Shown here piece after piece: positions 56,585-64,000 of a stretch of 64,000 nt of DNA; position 1 is the first letter of the stretch; the number at the start of each line of letters is the position of its first letter. Source of the DNA: Octopus vulgaris (Eukaryota); contig OX597819.1 of the NCBI GenBank assembly GCA_951406725.2, forward strand, positions 66,526,001 to 66,590,000, in the 5' to 3' direction. The position numbers and the translations under genes are program-made. The notes under the pieces were generated by a model. The model was not told the origin of the DNA and did not search any database. It saw only the letters and a list, made by a program, of their open reading frames with translations.

Positions 56585-57794
56585 AATATATATAGACACA
56601 CATACACACACACACATATATATATATATATGAAGGGTCTTATGTAAATTTGAAACCTGTCTCGATCGAAGGAAACAACAAAAAGATGCTGCTATTACAA
56701 ACATTATTTCATTATGAATGCAAGCCTGGTACGCCTTTGCACGCCGTAGGTAAATAGTAGATATTCCTTAAGCAAAGTTCAAATCCAGTTTATAGATAGT
56801 TAAAAATTTACATATGTGAGCGTGTCCATATGTATACGTATGCGTATGTAATTAATTATTCGTACGTTCATAAAACACAAACATACATACATTCATACAC
56901 TCTACCTTACGTAGTCTCTCAAATATACGCTTAAATGGCAAAGAAGATAGCGTAAGGGATAAGGGGAGATAATAGATTCAGAGTGGATTATGTTATTTTT
57001 AACAATATATGCAATCCACTTATTGTTTGGCGTTCATATTACATACTGTTATTTTTGGAATATACACCATTTAATCTTGCTTTGTTAGCAACACATTCCT
57101 AGCTTTATCTGTTGTACATATAACAGGATTATACGAGCGTATTAAATAATATGCGTGTGTAAGCATTTTTACCTGTATTATTATATGTTTTTGCGTACTT
57201 TTATCTGTGCACGTATACATATACGTACACACACATACATATACCCGTAGAGTATATGTACACTACACATACACGCGCTTACTTGAATATTTATCTACAC
57301 TTGTTGGAATTTCAGAGTTTAATTTAATCATGCAACGATTCAATGGCATATTTGTAAATAAAATAAATATATACATGTACTTAATAAAAACTGTCGTTCC
57401 TCTTCGCGATGTTTACTCTTCAAAATTTCAGAACGTATAGCAGATTTTGTTTCCTAAGTCGTAATCAACTGTAACAAACGCCCACGGTAGTTTTTATATA
57501 AACGAATATGGAGCTAATAGTCCAATACTTGTATAACTGTAAATGTATGATTTATTGAAATATTTTTCTTTCTGGAATCATATGTATTCAGTCATATTTT
57601 AATCTCGGGCTTTTGTTGCGATTCCTGGTTCTGTTATAATAATAATAATATATAAATGATTTTGCATTTCTACACTCCATATCATTGCTTCATTTATGTC
57701 TTATTTTTTCCTCTAAAAATGATTCAAGGCGTTGCCCCAGCATCGCCGCAGTCTTATGATTGAAAAAAGTTCAAAACATAATAGCTTCTTTTAT

Positions 57795-58212
57795 TCGTTT
57801 CTTTTTTACAGTCATTTGACTGCGGCCATGCAGGAGCGCCGCCTTTTGTCGAGCAAATCGACCCAAGGACCCATTAGTACTTGTTTTATCGGTCTTTTGC
57901 CGAACCGCTAAGTTACGGGGACGTAAACACACCAGCATCGTTCGAAAAACGATGTTGGGGAACAACAAACACAGAGACACAAACATATATATGTATACAC
58001 ACACAAACACACACACACACACACACACACAAATGCACACACACACACGCATGCCCCCATATATACATATAGAAGATGGCCTTCTTTCAGTTTCTGTCTA
58101 CCAAGTCCTCTCACAAGGTTTTGGTCGGCCCGAGGATATAGTAGAATACACTTGCTCAAGGTGCAACACAGTGAGACTGAACCCGGGACCATGTGGTTGG
58201 TAAGCAAGCTAC
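57795..58212 (-). mobile_element. SINE family A, near full length
   Basis: CAGTCATTTGACTGCGGCCATGC..GCCGAACCGCTAAGTTACGGGGACGTAAAC..GAACCCGGGACCATGTGGTTGGTAAGCAAGCTAC. Confidence 0.88.
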
Positions 58213-59296
58213 TTTATTTCATAAAATTTGTCATCATAGACAGTACAAAGAGTGTGTAGCTTTGCGGGCTGGACAAACACATTAATGAATGAAAATGAAA
58301 TAGAATGAATAAATGAAAGACGAAACCCCGCCGATTGGAATATTTCTCGAAAACATATTTTCTCTTTTTAAAAAATCAATATGAGGTTTCAAACCTCTTA
58401 CAAGAAGGAGGCACTAAAACCTCTTACTTAACATGTTTTTTTTTAAACACACAATTGAGGTTATAAACCACTACATATAATACAATAAGATGATGTTTCA
58501 AACCCTATAACGAGGGTCTTTTACCTCCTACTCTTCGATATATCCATCGATATATTCATCATTATCTTCAATGCTGCTTGAGTTCCTGTATACCGCCATT
58601 TCCCATGCCTCACTCATGTTGGACATGTAAGTCGTGTAAGGGCCACCCGGCCATATGTGACACTCCTCCCCAAATCCTTTAAGCCTTTCCCACAAAGGAA
58701 ACCTTATGGCCTCCACAGCTATCTGCGGAGGCCATTCGGGATCCCGTGTGAAAGGCATATCTACTGTCTCTTATATGTTCTTCTACTATTTTTCCACCTC
58801 CCCGCCCTTATAGAAAAAGATAATTAATTGATCATCTTTAAGGGTGGGGGCGGTTTCTTCCACCGTAGGTGGCTCAACTTCGGGACATGCAGACTGCACA
58901 TCATCTTCCCGCTGAGGTGACACGTTCTTCTTCCTTCTTTTTTTCTTTTCTTCCTGACTTCGGGAGAGTGGAGCTCTTCCGCTTTGTCCGGAGACTCTGC
59001 TCCGCCTCCCGAAGCCTTAGTGGAAGACGCCTGCCCAATATGCCTCATAGAGAACTATATATGTATGTGCGTGTGTGCATGTGTGTGTGAGTGTGCACCT
59101 GTGTTTGTATATATGTGTGTATATGTGTGCGTATATGCGTGAGTGTGTTTTGTATCTGTACTTATCCCTCACTATTGCTTGACAACCGATGTTGCTTTGT
59201 TGAGAAAGCAAAATCCTTAATACACAGCAGGGCCCTGCACCCCCTTTTATATCTAGCTAACTCTATGACGGGATTTTCAGACTAGCATATCATACA

Positions 59297-59600
59297 TCAT
59301 GCTAATTTACTGTTTAGATAACATTCTCTCGCAGTTAAGACAGGGAAGCAAAATATTTCGGTTTCGATTTGACATGGCCTACGCTTGTCAGATGACGATA
59401 TCTTTCTATTTTTGTAGAAAGATCGTAATGGTAAATACTGTCTGTCATTACGTTCGGTATATTTGTTCAGTAACCCATTTATTATATTCCAACTGCCCAT
59501 GTACAATCTCCCGACTGAACTGTTGTTAGTTGTTTCTTTCGTCTTTGTTCTTATACTCGTACCAGCTTTTATCTGTCTCTTCTGTATTCGTAAAGTAAAG
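59297..59600 (-). mobile_element. Possible RTE apurinic-endonuclease N-terminal remnant
   Basis: LYMGSWNIING resembles IGTWNVR; ISSSDKRRPC resembles IAALSETRR.G. Confidence 0.3.
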
Positions 59601-60247
59601 TAATGCTGTTTTTTAAATCCCGTGCTCGCAATTGTGAACGAAGTATTTGTTGAACTTTTATTATTCTGCGATTGATAAATCATATCGCTGTTTTAATACA
59701 ATAGTACAATACCCATCTGTTACTAATATAGACATAAGCAACACACAATGCTCAAGAAAAATTCCACTAACTCTTAACAATTTCTACTTTGGACAATTAT
59801 AATGCTTCGATAATCAACGTTTGTGCTGTATTATCAAAGGCATTTTCTGCTGTTCAGTACATATTTTTCGGAATTGTTTTCTTGATTAATTGTGACATTT
59901 CTAAACGCCTCCATCTATCCTCCTTTATCCTTCATTCTCACGTATTTCATTATCGTGAGAGGCAGAGATATCTTACGAAAAGTTTCAGGATGCAAATGTG
60001 AACTTTATAGAGATATTCTGCTAGGTGATCGATCTGTAATTTTCAGCATGATAGTATTATATATCTTACCGAGCGAGAAGTGTCATAGCAGTGGACAGCT
60101 AATTAAAATTAAGTAAGCTAAACTGATGACCATTTCATTCAGTGTAACCTTATCCCGATGATACGATTCTTATGGTGTCTGCATAACCTCCGTGTATGCT
60201 TCGGAGTATATGCGTGTTTGAATGTATGTATATATGTATGTATATAA

Positions 60248-60906
60248 GGCGGCGAGCTGGCAGAAACGTTAGCACGCCGGGCGAAATGCGTAGCCGTATT
60301 TCGTCTGCCGTTACGTTCTGGGTTCAAAACGTACCAGTTACGCACTGAGCTCGATATAATCGACTTAATCCGTTTGTCTGTCCTTGTTTGTCCCTTCTGT
60401 GTTTAGCCCCTTGTGGGTAGTAAAGAAATAGGTATTTTGTTTGTCTTTATGTTCTGAGTTCAAATCCCGTAGAATTCGACTATGTCTTTCATTCTTTCAG
60501 GATCGATTAAATAAGTACCAGTTATGCACTGGGGTCGATATAATCGACTTAATCCGTTTGTCTGTCCTTGTTTGTCCTCTCTGAGTTTAGCCCCTAAAGA
60601 AATAGGTATTTTGTCTATCTTTTCGTTCTCAGCTCAAATTCCATCGAGGTCGACTTTGCATTTCTTCCTTCTGGGGTCGATAAATTAAGTAAGAGTTGTA
60701 TACTAGTGTCGATCTAATCAACTGGCCCTCTCCCACAAAATATCGATTATATCGACCCCAGTGCGTAACTGGTATTTATTTAATCGACCCCGAAAAGATG
60801 AAAGGCAAAGACGACCTCGGCGGAATTTGAACTCAGAACATAGCGGCTGACGAAATACTGCTAAGCATTTCGCCCGACGTGCTAACATTTCTCTCAGGTT
60901 GCCGCT
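60248..60906. mobile_element. Family B SINE tandem array (+) joined tail-to-tail with an inverted copy (-)
   Basis: Plus units at 60248, ~60430 and ~60600 with repeated GATATAATCGACTTAATCCGTTTGTCTGTCCTTG. Minus copy at ~60742-60906. Confidence 0.88.
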
Positions 60907-61789
60907 TTAATACGTATGCATTATATACACGACACATATATTACATGTTGCATAGATATTATATAAAGAATGGTGAAAGTTTCAGATGTCACCAAAAATA
61001 ATCTGCGAAACTCTTTTGGAATTTAGAACAATTTTGCTTATATAATTGATAGGAGAAGATAAATAAAAGGAAATTAATTGTAAAATCTTGACAGCGATAT
61101 CGATAAAAGTTTAGAAAGTAGCAAATAAAAATGGTTGGCGTTACAGTGTGTTTTGTAAATGTGAAAGGAGGAAAATAATAATGAAAAAATAGCATAAGAG
61201 AGATAAAATTTTGTGAAACTTGTGTATGTATGTATGTAGAGGTTGTTTAATGTGCATGTAATTGTATACATTTTCTTGTAACTAAAAAATACAGATGGAA
61301 ACATTAGTAACGTTAAATTTTTAAAATAGATGCTTGTTGTGTTAGGCGCAGTTATTGAAAGTAGTATAACTGTGTTAATTTTGAGCTATTTTGAAATCGC
61401 TTATATAACTGCAAGTAAATGTATTTGTAAATACATAATGACGTGTACGGTGTTATTAATCTAAAGAATTTAGTGTTGATTTTGTTTTTTAAATATTGAT
61501 GTCTAAATATATTCAATATTATAAAAATAATACATTTTGCATTAGATTAACTGAAATGCGTATACAGCAACGCAAATTTATATTAATCTTTAAATTAAAA
61601 GAAAAGTGTTTTTCATTTAATTTCAAAAGCCCCAAATTAATAAATAGGTGAAAAGAATATGCCAGAAGGAATAACTATTTTAAATAAATATCGTTTTCTT
61701 TGTATTTTTTTATTTGCTCGGTGAAGTCTTGTCACTGAAAGGTTTGTGCGTTCAATTCGTGTTACCTTCCGTCTTTCATCATCTACACG

Positions 61790-61960
61790 TTTTACTGCGG
61801 CCATGTAGGAACACTGCCTTGAAGAATGTTTCTTAGTCGAATGAATCGAGAAATGTTCGTTTTGTTTTATAAAACCTGCTACTTATTGTATGTCTCTTTT
61901 GCCGAACCGCTAGGTTACAGGAACATAAACACTGCTTACCAAGCTGTGGTGGAGGGCAAA
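61790..61960 (-). mobile_element. SINE family A, 3' half, degenerate
   Basis: ACTGCGGCCATG..CTCTTTTGCCGAACCGCTAGGTTAC. Confidence 0.6.
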
Positions 61961-62101
61961 TGTACGCGCGCGCATACACACACACACACACATACACACA
62001 CACACACAAACACACACGTATACGTATAGATATACATGTATATGTGCACATGTACGGATATACGTATATATGTACGTATACACAAACATATATGTATAGC
62101 T

Positions 62102-62162
<61 letters not shown>

Positions 62163-62307
62163 TATATGTTTGTGTCTGACTATTGAAAATGTTGCAAGAC
62201 GCAACGAAAATTTTTGGAAAATATAAATAAAAAATAAGTGGAAATTTTACCGGTGACTGAGTTAAATTATACGGCACAAAAAGAAAATGACTCTCCCCAG
62301 ACACAAC

Positions 62308-62352
<45 letters not shown>

Positions 62353-62667
62353 AAATATATGAATGTATGTATGTATGTATGTATGTATGTATACACACAC
62401 ACATATATATGTATATATTAATTGATATCAGAAACGTGATGCAGTTTAGCACCGCTTATACTACAATAGCTAAGTTAACTCCAATGCCACCAAACAAATA
62501 TAGTCACTTTTGTGACTACTATCAATTATGCCTTTAGGTTTTAATTGATAATGAAACACCCGTTTAATTTCTTGTTTACACTTCTTCCGTTTTGAATATC
62601 AGAACATGTTTTCAACGGTTTTTCTTATGAGATGAACAAAGTAAGTCGTGTGTAACCCCAGGCGTTT

Positions 62668-62735
62668 AGAGCCGCTGATGAGAATTAAGTTGGTCTACAC
62701 TAAAATACGAAATCGTGACACGGTTATTGGTTTGT
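62668..62735 (+). ncRNA. Hammerhead ribozyme-like motif in a putative PLE terminal repeat
   Basis: CUGAUGA-G-AAUUA...UAAAAUA-C-GAA-AUCGU(GAC)ACGGU-U: both core boxes, G-C closing helix II, 5-bp helix III. Confidence 0.55.
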
Positions 62736-64000
62736 TTACGACAACGTAACTTAGGATATTTTGCTTTAAAATAGGTACCGAAATTTAAAAAATAACAAGT
62801 AAAGGAGTCGGTTTCTTCGACTAAACCCTGCATGGCAATACCCTAGCATGGCCGCCATCCTATGATTGAAATAAGTGAATGGAAAATATAAGATGAAAGG
62901 CAAACTTCCTGTCCTACCTTCTGTGTAACGTCAACCGAAATAACTACAACGGACAAAGGAACAAACTATTCATAGTGATCGTAATAGCGGTGAAGGAGGC
63001 GGATTCTGTAACGCTGATGTTGAATATGGTGAATACCGATTACATGATTATAGCCTGGCCGAGAGATCATATCCATTGTTTGAGTCAAGCATATGAATTT
63101 GACTAAATAATTTAATGTCTGGAAATTATTTTATCAATGGGCAGTACTTGAACTGCTAGATTAAGTACATTAGCATTATCACTGGCTTCAAACACTGTAA
63201 GCATGCAATCATTCGCACACATAGATCCAGACATATACAACAAAATGAATTTCCATATTGGTTTTTCTACCAACTCGAGGGTGAACAGAAAACTCCTCTT
63301 GAATGTAGAACATAATCCAGAATATCATGGATTTGAAGCGAAGCTCGTACCTCTTCCTGTTATCGATATTTTGCTTCAGTGGACAAGTAATATAACATGC
63401 CCATAGTATTGTATCATAGGTACCTCTGGTTGAAGTCTAGCCTCCATCAACTTTTCTCTGGCCTGAAAATAAAGATGAAAGATAACATACCAGTGTTTAC
63501 TAAGGCTATTCTCTCATAGACGTAAAATAATATTATAGCAAGATTAATTCTACGATTTCGTTTACTTTATGACATAAAGTGAAAAATCACAAGTACTAGT
63601 TCTCAAGTAAGATGGAGTAGAGAATCTATAACGAGAACCATAGCTGCAGAGATGTTGTCTTCTTACCTTTGTACAATGAAGAATGTACATATGTGAACTT
63701 TTACACCATCTATAGAATCAGTTCAAAAGTAACAGAATTTTTATAAGGAATTATATACTTTAAGGCTTAGCATTGTACAGTTTTGAATTTGACCATGTCA
63801 CTTCCACAAGTACTTCTCATATGTGAATGTAACAAGAGGATATAAAAGCCGAGGAGCAATGGAAAATAAGATTAACCTCTATGAAAAAATAATTTCCATT
63901 AACTAAGTAAGTCTAAATCAATTAAGATACTTAAAAAGATAAAATAACTAAATTGTTGAATTGAGAAATGCTTTAACTGAATTGCACAATCGATAAGATA

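Noticed and set aside
62900-63470. Higher-complexity block with a 67-aa ORF
   Set aside because: No recognisable domain or splice structure; probably decayed TE.

Overview
AT-rich, microsatellite-saturated eukaryotic DNA. The SINE families and (TA)n/(CA)n/(ATT)n density resemble Octopus/coleoid genomes, which is my inference from repeat content. I found no host protein-coding exon; nearly all listed ORFs are translations of microsatellites. The main feature is a near full-length but disabled R4/Dong-clade non-LTR retrotransposon on the minus strand (~16.8-20.8 kb: RT, CCHC knuckle, restriction-like endonuclease) sitting in (TAA)n. Two more divergent RLE-LINE fragments lie at ~6.0-6.7 kb and ~55-56 kb. 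The window also holds three tRNA-like SINE families in many copies, two complete non-autonomous Helitrons (one nested in a Tigger/pogo-like MITE), mariner and Tc1 remnants, Penelope-like (PLE) GIY-YIG remnants and decayed RTE/CR1 fragments. Most worth follow-up: four hammerhead-ribozyme-like motifs in four unrelated contexts, several long palindromes, two unexplained hairpin clusters (47.4-48.1 kb and 58.4-58.5 kb), and an in-frame deletion plus an ATG-TGA start lesion in the Dong element. I saw no evidence for a wholly new multi-gene system. All alignments and folds were done by eye.
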